A stretch of DNA of 64,000 nucleotides from Candidatus Latescibacterota bacterium (GTDB taxonomy: Bacteria > Latescibacterota > UBA2968 > UBA8231): contig OY730476.1 in assembly GCA_963422735.1 (NCBI GenBank), positions 3,104,001 through 3,168,000 on the forward strand, read 5' to 3'. Of this stretch, positions 8,845 through 20,300 are shown in pieces (positions within the stretch are counted from its first letter, which is position 1; every line of letters begins with the position of its first letter). The notes under the pieces are model-generated. The model did not search any database and was not told where the DNA came from. It worked only from the letters and a program-made list of their open reading frames with translations. The position numbers and the translations under genes are program-made.

Positions 8845-10472
8845 GTGAGACAGACCAGTTTCGTCGTTAGTTTATTTTGCATTCTGCTGCCCCATCGCAG
8901 CCGACGGGCTGGTGCTATTACGGCGGCAACGCGGGCAGCACCTAGTTCGCGCCGCTCGCTCAGGTCGGCGACAACTTCGCCGACCTGCACATCATCTGGC
9001 GCTGGCGGCCCCCCGAGGCGGAAATTCTCGCACAGCACGATGTCGGTAGAAACTACTATCGCAGTACGCCGGTAGCTATCAATGGCGTACTCTACGTCAG
9101 TTCGCCCTTTGGGATCGTCTCTGCACTCGACGCGGCTACTGGCGAGGAGTTGTGGAAATTCGATCCTGAATCTTGGCACCTCGATAGCTAGTTCTCCAGC
9201 ACCCACTGGGGCGTGGCCTATTGCTATCTCTACTCGCTCGACGCCGAAACCGGCCGGCCCGACCCAACATTCGGCGACAGCGGGCGCGTTGATCTGACCC
9301 AAGGCATGCGCCGGGAGGTGCAACGCGGCGCGTATGCTTCGGTCTCGCCACCGATGATTTATGGCAGCTTGGACGTTCCCGGCATTTGCGGCCGGCCCGT
9401 GCCCCGACCCATGCCGCCGGGCGATGTGCGCCTTTAATGTGCATACTGGCGAGCAAAAGTGGATCTTCGAGACTGTTCATCGAGAGGGCGACTTCGGCAA
9501 TGAGACTTGGGGCGAAGGCTCGTGGAAGGACTTTGGGGCACCAATGTGTGGTCGATTATGAGCCTCGACCCAGCGTTGGGCTATGTCTATCTGCCGGCTA
9601 GCACCCCGAGCAATGACTCTTACGGCGGCGAGTGCCCCGGCGATAACCTCTTCGGCGACAGTGTCGTCTGTCTCGATGCCCGCACCGGTGTTCGGGTCTG
9701 GCACTTCCAGATTGCCTATCGCGGAGTTTGGGACTACGATCCGCCCGCTGCGCCGACTCTCGTCGATATAAAGGTTGACGGCAAGCCGATCAAAGCCGTA
9801 GTCCAACTAACCAAACAGGCCTTCTGCTTTGTCTTCGACCGGGGCACGGCCGCACCTGTGTGGCCGGTCGTCGAGATGCCGGTGCCCGCCTCGGCCATCG
9901 TCGGCGAAGCGGACACCGAGACCCAGCCGATCCCCGTCTGGCCCCGCCCCTATGACCGCCAAGGCTTGAGAGTAGAAGACTTGATCGACTTCACGCCCGA
10001 GCTGCGGCAAATGGCGATGGAGGCGATTGAAGGGCACAGCTACGGTTCCTTGTACGCGCCGCCTGCGGAAAAGAGCGGTTTTCGTACCAGGCCTCTTGGG
10101 TGGCCCGGATTGGTCAGCTACGTGCCGTCCAAGACCATGCCCTAGTAAGGCCAACCACAACTTCACCGCCGCGGATAACCTGCCGCTGCTCAAGCCGCCC
10201 TACGACCATCCCCTGCTGCGCGATCTCGAAATCAAAGAGGAACTGGGCTGGCCCTCTCGCACCTTTCCGCTGCTGACCCGACGCTTCTGCTGACCGATAC
10301 CGAAGACGTCGAATTGACTCGCTATTTGCTAGAAAAGGGCGCAGCCGCGACTATTGGCGACGCCCGCTGGGGCGAGACGCCCTACGACTGGGCGGGCTAC
10401 TACAGCAACGAGGCCATGCGCGAGGTCCTCAAAGCGGTATCAAATAAGGGAAAGGAAAAATCCAATGAATAA
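8845..10472 (+). pseudogene. Degraded PQQ-dependent dehydrogenase + ankyrin paralog
   Basis: Fragments in shifting frames: TPVAINGVLY, TNVWSIMSLD, GDNLFGDSVVCLDARTG, WDYDPPAAP, LPLLKPPY. Ends with an ankyrin tail LLEKGAAATIGDARWGETPYDWA. Many frameshifts and deletions. Confidence 0.8.
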
Positions 10473-13424
10473 ACGCATCTGTCGGGCCTTGTCGGTCTTG
10501 TCGTCGTTGTCGCTTGCGACGGCAGCGTTTGCCGACGAGGTCAATTGGCCGTACTACGGGGCCGATCAGGGCGGCACCCGCTACACCCCAGCGGACCAGA
10601 TCAATCGCGACAACTTCGATCAATTGCGCGTGATTTGGCGCTACCGGCCCCGCGACCAGCAGATATACGAGACGGCTAGAGCTAGCCGAGGCCGGGATCG
10701 GGGCCAGGGTGGTCGGAGGCGCGGTGGTTCCCGCCTCCGTTTCGACAACAACCGTGGTACGCCGTTGGCCGTCAATGGTGTGCTTTACTATGGCTCGCCA
10801 TACAACGTTCTCTCGGCCATTGACGGCCAAAGCGGCGAGGAGCTGTGGGCGTTCGACCCGGAGTCTTGGCAGGCCGGTTCCTTTTTCTTGGGCAATTCAC
10901 GCGGGGTGAGCTATTGGACCGATGGCGAGGTTGAGCGGGTGTTTTTGGCGACATCGACCTCCTTTTTGTACTCCATAGACGCCAAGACCGGCCTGCCCGA
11001 CCCGAATTTTGGCGAGGGTGGCCGCGTCGATTTGGGAGCCTCGCTGCGCCGGCCGCTGAGCGAAAGGGAGCGCAGGGGCTATGGAATCACGGCTCCGCCC
11101 GTAGTCTGCCGCGACGTGGTCGCCGTCGGCTCGGCGATCGTGGACGTGCGTGGTCGGCCACCAGCCGAGTACATACCCCCGGGCGATGTGCAGGCCTTCG
11201 ACGTGCGCAGCGGCGAGAAGGTGTGGGAATTCCACACGATCCCGCAGGAGGGCGAGTACGGCAACGAGACGTGGGGGTACGCTGCGTGGAAAACCTACGG
11301 CGCGGCCAATGTGTGGGCTACGATGACGGCCGACGAGGAATTGGGCTATCTCTACCTGCCGGTGAGCACGGCCAGCCACGACTACTACGGCGGCGAGCGC
11401 CCCGGCGACAACCTCTTCAGCGAATCGGTCGTCTGTCTAAAGGCCGAGACCGGCGAACGGGTTTGGCACTACCAACTCGTCCATCACGGCCTGTGGGACT
11501 ACGATCCCCCGGCCGTGCCTCTGCTGTTGGATGTGGTCGTCGATGGCCAACAGCGCAAGATCGTCGCTCAGCTAACCAAACAGGCCTTTTGTTTTGTCTT
11601 TGACCGCACAACCGGCGAGCCGATCTGGCCGATTGTCGAAAAGCCAGTTCCGCGATCGCAAGTGCCAGGCGAAAAGACCTCGCCAACCCAGCCGTTCCCG
11701 ACCAAGCCAGCGGCCTTTGAGCGCCAAGGCATCAGCGAGGACGACCTGATTGACTTTACGCCCGAGCTGCACGAGGAAGCCAAGGCCATTCTCGCCGAAT
11801 ACGACTACGGCCCGCTCTACACGCCACCGACTGAGAGAGGCGTTTTGTCGGTTCCCGGCCAATGGGGCGGTGCTGATTGGGCCGGGGGCGCGGCGGATCC
11901 GCGCACGGGCGTACTCTACGTGCCGTCGCACATGGCCATTACCACCGTGGAGCTGCGGCCGGTGCGCGACCCGGAGGCCTACTCGGCGTTTTCGGCTAGC
12001 TACAACCCGCATGTCCTCGGCCCTCGGGGCCTGCCGCTGGTCAAGCCCCCGTACGGCAGTATCACGGCGATTAACCTGAATAGCGGCGAACACCTGTGGC
12101 GGACCGCGGTGGGCAAAGGGCCGGTTGATCACCCGGCGCTCAAGGGCCTTGACCTGTCAGATATGGGCTGGGACAACCGCACCTTCGTCTTGGCCACGCC
12201 GAATCTCCTGTTGGCCACTTCCGAGGACCCGCACGGCCTAGCCGACGCTGGCAGGGATTACTTCGTTGACCGCGATGCGTACCTGCGGGCGTACGATTTG
12301 GCGTCGGGCGAGGAGATCGGCCGCGTCGAATTGCCCAGCAACGCCTATGGCGCGCCGATGAGCTATACGGCCGCCGGCCGCCAGTACGTGGTCGTGCCCC
12401 TGGGCAACTATCAAGGTAGGTCAGGGCGCCCGCCCGAGCTGGTGGCACTGGCCATTCCGCACAAAGGCGAGCAACTGCCGCCCCAAGGTCGAGATCGCGG
12501 CGACGCCGATCACAAAGCCTTTTACGAGGCCGTAAAAGCCATGGACGCTGGCGACAGCGAGACGCTGCAGAATCTGCTCGCTGAGTACCCCGAGCTAGCG
12601 ACCGCGCGCGGCTATTTCGACGAGTACTACGAGTACCCGTACTTTCGCGGGGCCACGCTCTTGCACCACCTAGCCGGCGAGCCACAACGAGCGCCGCTAC
12701 CCGAAACGCGGTCGAACTAGCCACTGCCCTGATCTCAGCAGGTGCCGATCCCAACGCCGCCACGTACGACTCGATTACCGTGCTGGATCTGTTCATAGCA
12801 AGCGATCAGCTCGAATGGGCCGAGAGCAAGCCCGAAATGATCCAACACCTAATGGCCAACGGCGTGGATGTGAATCGCAACCGGGGCCAAATTTTATGGG
12901 ACGCGCTTAGGGAGAGGGACCTAGATCTAGCGCACATGTTGGTCGCCGAGGGGGCGGCCGTGGATTTGCGCTTTGCCGCTGGGATCAATCGCGTCGATCT
13001 GATGGCGGAATACTTCGACTCAGAGGGCAAGCTAAAAGAGGGAACCGGTCATCTGTACCATCCCGACCCAGACACCGTGCTCACCGCCGAGCAGATTGTG
13101 GTGGAGGCGCTCAATCTTGCGGCCTATAACGGCGCGTTGGAAGCGGCGGAGTTTTTGCTAGATCACGGTGCGGATGTCAATGGAATTGCCGGCGGGTTCA
13201 GCCGTTATGACCGCGGCAGTGCTCCCCTGCACAAAACCGTCATGGCCGACCAGCTAGAGATGGCCCGCTTGCTCTTGGTGCGGGGTGCTGACCCACTGGT
13301 GGGAGATCGGCGCTTTGACCTCGCGCCTTATGAGTGGTCCAATTATTTGAATACCTCTAAGGCCCTCGACGAACTGCTCAGAGAGCACCATGAAGCCGCC
13401 GTAGAGCAAGCGGATACAGAATAG
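10465..13424 (+). CDS. PQQ-dependent (quinoprotein glucose dehydrogenase-like) protein fused to ankyrin repeats; single frameshift near 12705
   Basis: Signal peptide from ATG 10465. PQQ beta-propeller motifs (WPYYG, TPLAVNGVLY, HHGLWDYD, GGADW, KPPYG, PMSY). Ankyrin motifs TLLHH, GADPNA, GADVN, PLH. Restoring one A at ccgaaacgcg joins ORF 10354-12720 to ORF 12780-13424. Confidence 0.8.
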
Positions 13425-13461
13425 GCACCGCTCCTTTGAGGATTCGCCGGGTGAAGTGTGC

Positions 13462-13490
13462 TTGACAAGTTCAAGGCGCAAAAATAAAAG
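13462..13490 (+). promoter_or_regulatory. Putative sigma70 promoter upstream of TauD-family gene
   Basis: TTGACA-17 bp-TAAAAG, about 60 bp upstream of ATG 13552. Confidence 0.45.
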
Positions 13491-13551
13491 TGCATAGACG
13501 AGCCACGCGGATCGCTATGGGCAGTAACCGCTTATCAGAGGATGGAGCATC

Positions 13552-14760
13552 ATGGGCCAAAAGACAAAACCGTTAGATGAAAGGCTACGCGAGTTGTTCG
13601 GCACGGACGCCCGCAGCGAGGGTCCGCTGGCCGCTAGCGGTGCCGGGCGGCGCTTGACCGGTATAGATCTGTGCCGCCCGCTGAATCCCGAGCAGGTTGC
13701 CTTTCTGCTGGACGCCTTGAGCCAGTTTCGCATCGTCAGCATTGCCGGGCAAGACTTGGCAGCCTTTTCTCTAGCCCACTTCGAGCGCTTCGCCAACCAC
13801 TGGGGTGCGCCAGTGCCGCACCCCAACAACTTCATGCGCGGGGGTAAACCAGCCCAGCAAGACGGCGACAGCGACGGCCCCTTTGAGCTAATTCCCTTCG
13901 AGTGCCGCGCGGCCGCCGCGGTCAATGCCGCGTTCCCCGGCCAACTAGAGTGTCTGCCGCACGAGTCGCCTGCGGTGCTGGTAGTGGCCAACTTTCGGGG
14001 GGAACGCAGTGCCGCACCTGTCGAGGTGACGCAGGGCGGCTCGTGGCACACGGACATTGAGTACGAGCCTTTGCCGATCTACGTCTCGATGTTCCTGGTC
14101 CACAAGTCGCCGGAGTCGCGCAATGCCCCGGGCGGGAATTGGGTGCAGGCACCCGATGGCGACAAGGCCCATCCGTACTACGAAGGCTCGGACCGCGAAC
14201 TTATGAGGCTACGCAAGTGTATGCCGTTGAACGGCGAGACGGCCTTTGCCGACACTGCGGCGGCCTTCGCGACACTGCCGCCGGCAGAGCAGACGGCTCT
14301 GGAGCAAATCCAGCTACGGCGGCGGTTGAACGAGGGAGACGAAGGCTGGCTCGCTCCGCTGGTATGCACCAACCCGCGTTCCGGAATTAAGTCGTTGCAC
14401 AGTCCAATCTGGGCGTCGCGGCCACGGGTGCGGCCAGCAGTCGAGGTGGAAGGGATGTCCGCAGAAGCATCGCGTACGTTCCTCGACCGGCTCGAAGCGC
14501 ATGTACTGCAGCCGCAGTTCCGCTACGACCACCCGCATGCACCGGGCGATGTGACGCTGTGGGACAACTACATGACCCTGCACAATTCGCCGCCGATCAA
14601 GTCGAAGATCAACTCGCTCGACGATGCCCGGCTGTTGTACCGCTTGAGTTGCAAGGGCGAGCCGGCCCTGTGGCTACCGCGACGCGATGCGTCGGAGTGG
14701 CGCGCCGCTCACATCCCCGGTGGTTACGCCACACCCTCAGCGATCATCGGCATTGCTTAA
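13552..14760 (+). CDS. TauD/TfdA family Fe(II)/2-oxoglutarate dioxygenase
   Basis: WHTD (HxD), GETAFAD, PGDVTLWDNYMTLH, RLLYR. Confidence 0.85.
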   Translation: MGQKTKPLDERLRELFGTDARSEGPLAASGAGRRLTGIDLCRPLNPEQVAFLLDALSQFRIVSIAGQDLAAFSLAHFERFANHWGAPVPHPNNFMRGGKPAQQDGDSDGPFELIPFECRAAAAVNAAFPGQLECLPHESPAVLVVANFRGERSAAPVEVTQGGSWHTDIEYEPLPIYVSMFLVHKSPESRNAPGGNWVQAPDGDKAHPYYEGSDRELMRLRKCMPLNGETAFADTAAAFATLPPAEQTALEQIQLRRRLNEGDEGWLAPLVCTNPRSGIKSLHSPIWASRPRVRPAVEVEGMSAEASRTFLDRLEAHVLQPQFRYDHPHAPGDVTLWDNYMTLHNSPPIKSKINSLDDARLLYRLSCKGEPALWLPRRDASEWRAAHIPGGYATPSAIIGIA

Positions 14761-14973
14761 AAACTGGTAGTGGGTCACTTTGAATTTTTTTGGACGTTTT
14801 GCCTCTTTATCAGGGAGCTGAAATGTTCAAACTGTACCACTACCTAAAAAGTGACAGGGTTCGTGGGGTATTTCAAAATAGAGGGCCTACGTTTGCTTAG
14901 GTTGGCTACTCGGAGGGCACTAGAGATCCCACTCCAGTTGACTGATCACTTCTCGCTCCAGATTGAGGATACT

Positions 14974-15227
14974 ATGGCGAGCATTCTCGAAAAACCTCGT
15001 TCCCCCAGATGGGTATGTGATGACTCGGGCGAGGTCATTGAGGTGATACTTGGATACGACGACTTCAAGACTTTACTGCAAAAGATCGCTCGGGAAACCG
15101 ATTGGGAGACGCTTCCTATTCATCTACAGGATGCTGTTGATGCTCTGTTAATGGAAGAAGCGAATGAGGAAAATGGCGAACGCAGCCTTTGCGAGATGTT
15201 TTTCGTGAGACCGGAGAATCACCTTAG
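14974..15227 (+). pseudogene. Putative antitoxin, frameshifted near 15180
   Basis: Small acidic ORF directly upstream of relE. Adding one A at ggcgaacgcag gives ...ETQPLRDVFRETGESP-TAG ending 2 bp before the toxin start. Confidence 0.5.
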
Positions 15228-15229
15228 CA

Positions 15230-15490
15230 GTGGCGCAGGCTGTCTATTTGCGTTCAGCGGCAGAACGAGACCGCCGTCGCCTGCAAGGTCCCATTCGTCG
15301 ACGCATAAACCAGCACCTTCTCCACTTGGAGTCAGAACCGCGTCCTTTGGGAGTAGAGAAGCTAGTTGGCCGCCCAAATTCGTGGCGTATTCGAGTGAGA
15401 GACTGTCGCATTCTTTACGAAACTGACGACGCCAATCAGCGCATTACTGTCTCTCGTCTCGCTCATCGTCGTGACCTATATCGACCTTAG
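15230..15490 (+). CDS. RelE/ParE family toxin (possibly degenerate)
   Basis: PRPLGVEKL...WRIRVRDCRILY...AHRRDLY. The canonical RVGDYR is altered. Confidence 0.75.
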   Translation: MAQAVYLRSAAERDRRRLQGPIRRRINQHLLHLESEPRPLGVEKLVGRPNSWRIRVRDCRILYETDDANQRITVSRLAHRRDLYRP

Positions 15491-15576
15491 CGCAAGGGCT
15501 AGCAGAAAACGCGGCCCCGGTGCTCGTGTACTTAGCCACTTGGGACAGCGACCGCTTTCTTTTTGTTTGGCTTGGT

Positions 15577-16530
15577 TCAGTCGAGATTGGCCGCGACGAT
15601 TTCGGCATGAACTTGGAAGATATGGGCGTCGTCTGGATCGACGATCACCCGCAGATAGTGGATATCGGGTGTGCCGAAGGGTTCGATGCGCGTGAAGCGC
15701 ACCAGACGCCGGCCCGTGGCCGTCCGGCGCAGCGGCTTGTCCACGCGGAAATAGTGGGAGTCACCGTGGGCTAAGGCCACCGGCCGGCCAAAGCGGACGA
15801 CTTCCTGCTCCAGGGCTTGCAAAAAAGCCGCGTACGGCCCGGCCGGCTCGTTTTCCCGTTCCTCAAAGCGCGGATTGGCGTGGATGATGAGGAAAACGGC
15901 GCGATGATCCTGTTCCGCGGCTTGGGCGAATGTTTCGCGCATCCAGGCAATGGCGGCGTTGGTGCGGCTTTTGACTTCCTCGTCGTTGACTTGGGTGCGG
16001 CCTTCAAACGCAGCGGTGGCGTTGCGACTGCCGACGATGTGCAGCACCGCAAAGCTCGTCCGCCTGTGAGTCCAGCGCACGTGCTCGGGGAAGGTTCCTC
16101 CTTGGGTGCCGACGCGCATGGGGTGCTGGCCCAGAGTCCAACCCGGGCGCAAAAAAAAGAGTGCCCGTACGCGCGCCAACCGGTCCAGTGGCTGGTATCC
16201 GCTCCGGTGGCAATCGGTCCAATCGTTGTCGCCTAGGGCCAAAACGAAAGGGCGTTCAAATTGCTGAAACCGCTCGAAACGGCTCTGTAGCAGGCCATCG
16301 CTACAGGGGCTGCTGCCGCCTTTGACATCGCCTACGTGGACGACCCATTCCAAGCCCTCGGCCCGATTAATTTCCTCGACGAGCCGACCAAAGCGGACGC
16401 TGTCGGTCGGAGAGTATGGCATATCCCCGATCAGAGCGAAGGCGAAGGGGCCATCGGCGGGTGGGTTTTGGGGGCTGGCGGCGTCCATCAGCACGACGGT
16501 TAGGGATAGGCTCATAAGATACCGGGTCAT
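15577..16530 (-). CDS. Secreted calcineurin-like metallophosphoesterase
   Basis: GDMPY, HVGDVK, GDNDWTDC, IHAN, HGDSH motifs. Signal peptide from ATG 16530. Confidence 0.8.
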   Translation of the reverse strand: MTRYLMSLSLTVVLMDAASPQNPPADGPFAFALIGDMPYSPTDSVRFGRLVEEINRAEGLEWVVHVGDVKGGSSPCSDGLLQSRFERFQQFERPFVLALGDNDWTDCHRSGYQPLDRLARVRALFFLRPGWTLGQHPMRVGTQGGTFPEHVRWTHRRTSFAVLHIVGSRNATAAFEGRTQVNDEEVKSRTNAAIAWMRETFAQAAEQDHRAVFLIIHANPRFEERENEPAGPYAAFLQALEQEVVRFGRPVALAHGDSHYFRVDKPLRRTATGRRLVRFTRIEPFGTPDIHYLRVIVDPDDAHIFQVHAEIVAANLD

Positions 16531-16674
16531 ACGTTTCCTCCAGTTGGCAATGCGCCGCTTGATGTCGGTTTTCTTAAGCGAAGAAAATAAAGATAGTTTT
16601 GGGAACGATGTTAAGGATTGGCTTTTCCGCTTGATTAGCAAAATCTACCATTTTCAAGGAAAGACCGTAAACCT

Positions 16675-17271
16675 ATGAATACACTCGTAGATTCCTCCCT
16701 AGCCAGAGAATTGGCCCAAGGCACGCCGACCCGGAAAGTCGATGCCTTATTCGCGTACATGGAGCGGCGGGGCCAGTCCTTTTACGACGAAGTCGTGACT
16801 CAACTCGAACACGCCCTGCAGTGCGCCTACCAAGCCCAACGGGCCGGGGCAGATTCGGTGCAAGTGGCAGCGGCCCTGCTGCACGATCTGGGTCATTTCC
16901 TAGTCGATGAGCACAACGAAGAGGCCGATTCCCTCACCGAGGACTTACTGCACGAAGAAGTGGGAGCCGAATATCTGGAGCCCTTTTTTATTGACGCAGT
17001 GACCGAGCCGGTCGGGCTGCACGTGCCGGCCAAGCGCTATATCTGCACCGTGGACCGGCCCTATTACCAGACCTTATCTCGGGCGTCCAAGCGGAGTTTT
17101 GAGTTGCAGGGCGGCTTCATGTCGGTCGCAGAAAAGGCGGCCTTTGAACAGAATCCCCATTGGGAAAATGCCGTGCAGTTGCGCAAGTGGGACGACTTGG
17201 CCAAGGTGGAGGGCCTAAAGACGCCGGGCTTAGAAAGCTATCGGGCCGCCGTACAGGGCTGCTTGAAGTAA
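16675..17271 (+). CDS. HD-domain mixed-valent diiron oxygenase, PhnZ/TmpB-like
   Basis: YDEVVTQLEHALQ, LLHDLGH, HEEVGA, HVPAKRY, LSRASKRSFELQGG, LRKWDDLAK. Confidence 0.85.
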   Translation: MNTLVDSSLARELAQGTPTRKVDALFAYMERRGQSFYDEVVTQLEHALQCAYQAQRAGADSVQVAAALLHDLGHFLVDEHNEEADSLTEDLLHEEVGAEYLEPFFIDAVTEPVGLHVPAKRYICTVDRPYYQTLSRASKRSFELQGGFMSVAEKAAFEQNPHWENAVQLRKWDDLAKVEGLKTPGLESYRAAVQGCLK

Positions 17272-17307
17272 TCGCGGGCCTTCGGTGACTCCGCTTCATA
17301 CTCTGGC

Positions 17308-20300
17308 TCATTTGACCAACGACACCTTGCGTTCCTGCACATCATCGCCCGTTTGCAAGCGCACAACGTACACCCCACTGGCGAGCTCGCCCGCGTCCCA
17401 GTTCACCCGGTAAGTACCAGGTTTCCACCACGCCTCTACCAGCGTTTTTACTCGCTGTCCAGTCGGGCCGAAAACCTCCAGCCGCACCTTTCCGGCCCGT
17501 CCCACGCTGAAATCGATATGCACCTGACTGTTGAATGGGTTGGGATAAGGCGGATGTAGATCCGTTTTTTGCGGCGGGCCCTCCACAGCCTGTACGGCAG
17601 TGGCTGTGCCCTCTCCCATAGTCGCGCCTAAAGTCGCGGTGAAGTATGCCTTTACATAGCCATCCGTGGTCGTCACCACCACATCCAAAAAGCCGTCCCT
17701 ATCCACATCGGCTAAGGCGACATCGCTGCTGCGACCCTCCACTTCTAGGGTCCAGGCCCGGCGCAGGGTGCCTTCCTCCTGTTCCACGCAGATCAACTTG
17801 GTGCCACTGCCAAACAGAAACTCGTCGCGCCCATCGTCGTCCACATCGCCAGAGACCACATCCGTATGAGCCCGAACCCCATCGTCGAACTCCAGCAAAA
17901 CCGCGCCATCCGCCGCTTGGAACAGGCGCACCCCGTCCGCAGTCGAAGCCAGTAATTCTACGGTCCCATCGCCATTGCTGTCGCCCACTCCCATCAGCGA
18001 CTGCACTTCCGTGTTGTTGCGGTACGGGGTCTGCCATATTCGCTGTCCATCGCCGTCCAGAACGGCGTTCAAATAGCTGCAGTGCCCCCAGAGGAGTTCC
18101 GGCCGGCTGTCGCCGAATAAATTGACAACCGCCGGGAATGCATAGCCGACAAAGGAATCGCTCTCAAACAGTGGATTGAGTCCGTTGGTATATCCATAGG
18201 CCTGACGGACCACCTGCGCCGTGCCCGTGACTCCGTCGATAATGTGCAGCCGGTCGGGCCACATCACCACGATCTCCTCCAGGCCGTCGCCGTCTGTATC
18301 CCCCGCAGCGCTGGGATGGCCCCCCAGACTGCGGCCGCTGCCGTCCTCGGGCAGGGTGAAACCATTGGATTTCCAGACGATTTCGCCGCTGCGCCCATCG
18401 AGCAAAAAGCCCACTTCGCTGCCCAACTTGCCGCGCCGCAGACTGGCAAATACATCCATGTACTCGTTGCTGCGGAAATACCCAGCACTCCAGTAGGACA
18501 GGCCGCTGAAGTTCCATATAGGCATACTACCGTCAAAGCCAACGAACTCGGTCTGCCAGCGGATGGACCCATCGGCCGCAAGTGCCACCAAGCTGGCGTT
18601 GCCGCTGGCTGCCTCGCGCGCCGCCAGCACTTCCCGGCGGCCATCGCCGTCCACGTCCGCGGCGATCACTCCCCAGTGGAAGGGCGCGTTATTGGTCTGG
18701 CCGTAGCCGGGCACCTGCCATTGTGGCCGAGGGTCGCCCCCGCCCTCTCCTGGAGCTTGCAGGCACAGCACTTCCCGGGTCGCTGTCTGGACGATCACTT
18801 CCACTCGGCCATCCCCCTCCAAATCGGCTACTACCGGCGTACCGGCCGGGGTAAATGCTTGGCGACTCCACTGGTGCAGCTCCCCCGAGGCCCGCTCCAG
18901 CACCAGCGCCTGACTAGGGAGCCCACTCCCCCTCAGATACAGCAAGGATGCCCCATCGTTCGCCGCCGCGGCCGTCTCTAAGACCATCCCGGCTGGCCCG
19001 CTCACCGACCACCGCGGTCCGATGCGTCCCGCGCTGTCGCTGCCCAAAGCGACCAGCACTTCACCGCCCCTGTCCGGCGCGAGCGCAAAGAAATCGCGTC
19101 GTCCATCTCCATCCACATCGCCGGTTGACACCGTGCGCAAACCATCGGCGGCCCCGGTGCTCACCGTCAAGGGCAACTGATTCAGCAATACCGTACTGAA
19201 GCGCCCCCGCTCGTGGCTCCAGCGTACGCTCGCCGTCCCCGCCTCCAAGGACCAGACCGCTAGCGGCGCATAGGTCGGCAGGGCTTCGCCCGTCGTGGCC
19301 GAGACGAACAACTCCAAGCGTCCGTCGCCGTCCACGTCGGCCATACCGTGCAAATGGTGCTGTGGAAAATCAAAGCTGGTCTCGCCGCTGAGCGCATCGA
19401 CGCCGACTATGTGCCACTGGCCATCGCCTTGGTCGTTGTAAATGCTGTACACCAACTCGAAGCGGCCATCGTCGTCCGCATCGACCAAGGCCTGCGGTTG
19501 GGGCCGCACCACCTTGGTCGATTGCGCTGGATCGGGCTGAATATCGCGCAGCCAGCGCAGCGTCAATTCCGTGCCGTCGTTGTCAATGACCTCGGCGTGC
19601 ATACTGAAATCGGCCATTACGCCGAATTCGGGGTACGGATCGTCGTCGATATTGGCGGCTCCGAACCAGCCGTAGTTGCGATACCCGTGGTACTGCAACT
19701 GCATCTTGGTTTCCCCGGTGGCCCCGTCGAAGACGAGGATGCGGTAGTGGGTGGCCACGACGATATCGGGCTGACCATCTACATCGACGTCAACCACGAG
19801 GACATTGGGATCCCAAGTATTGGTAAAGAACTCGGTCTCCCACACTACCCGAGGTTCGCCGTTGTCGTACGCGAGCAGTTGGCCTTGCTTGGGCTCGGCC
19901 CCGCCGTCGCTGAAAGAATTTCCCATCTCAAAGTGCTGTAAGCCCGCTTCCCCGGGCAGGATCTGGGCCACTTTGAAGACATTGTCTAGCGGCATAGCTA
20001 CCTCGACGCCGCCGAGGTCAAAAATCTGCGGCCCAATCCCCCAATCCCGCCCGTAGGTGCCGATGTACCCAAGATCTACCGGGACGGCAAAGGGTAAGGC
20101 CACCGAGGCGTCACCCGCGTGTTGCTCCACTTCCACATAGCCCTCCCAGGCGGCAATGTCGTAGCGCCAGCGCTCTTGCGGCGGGTCGTGGATTTGGCCG
20201 ACCCCCGAGGCCCGGCCGCTCATCTGGCGGTCGCCGCGCAATTGCAGCCACTCGCCCGTTTGCCCGTGCGCCCCACCCGCCAGCATCAGCAATAGCAAGA

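Noticed and set aside
14851-15426. 191-aa ORF overlapping relE
   Set aside because: Better explained as a frameshifted ~85-aa antitoxin reading through into the toxin region.
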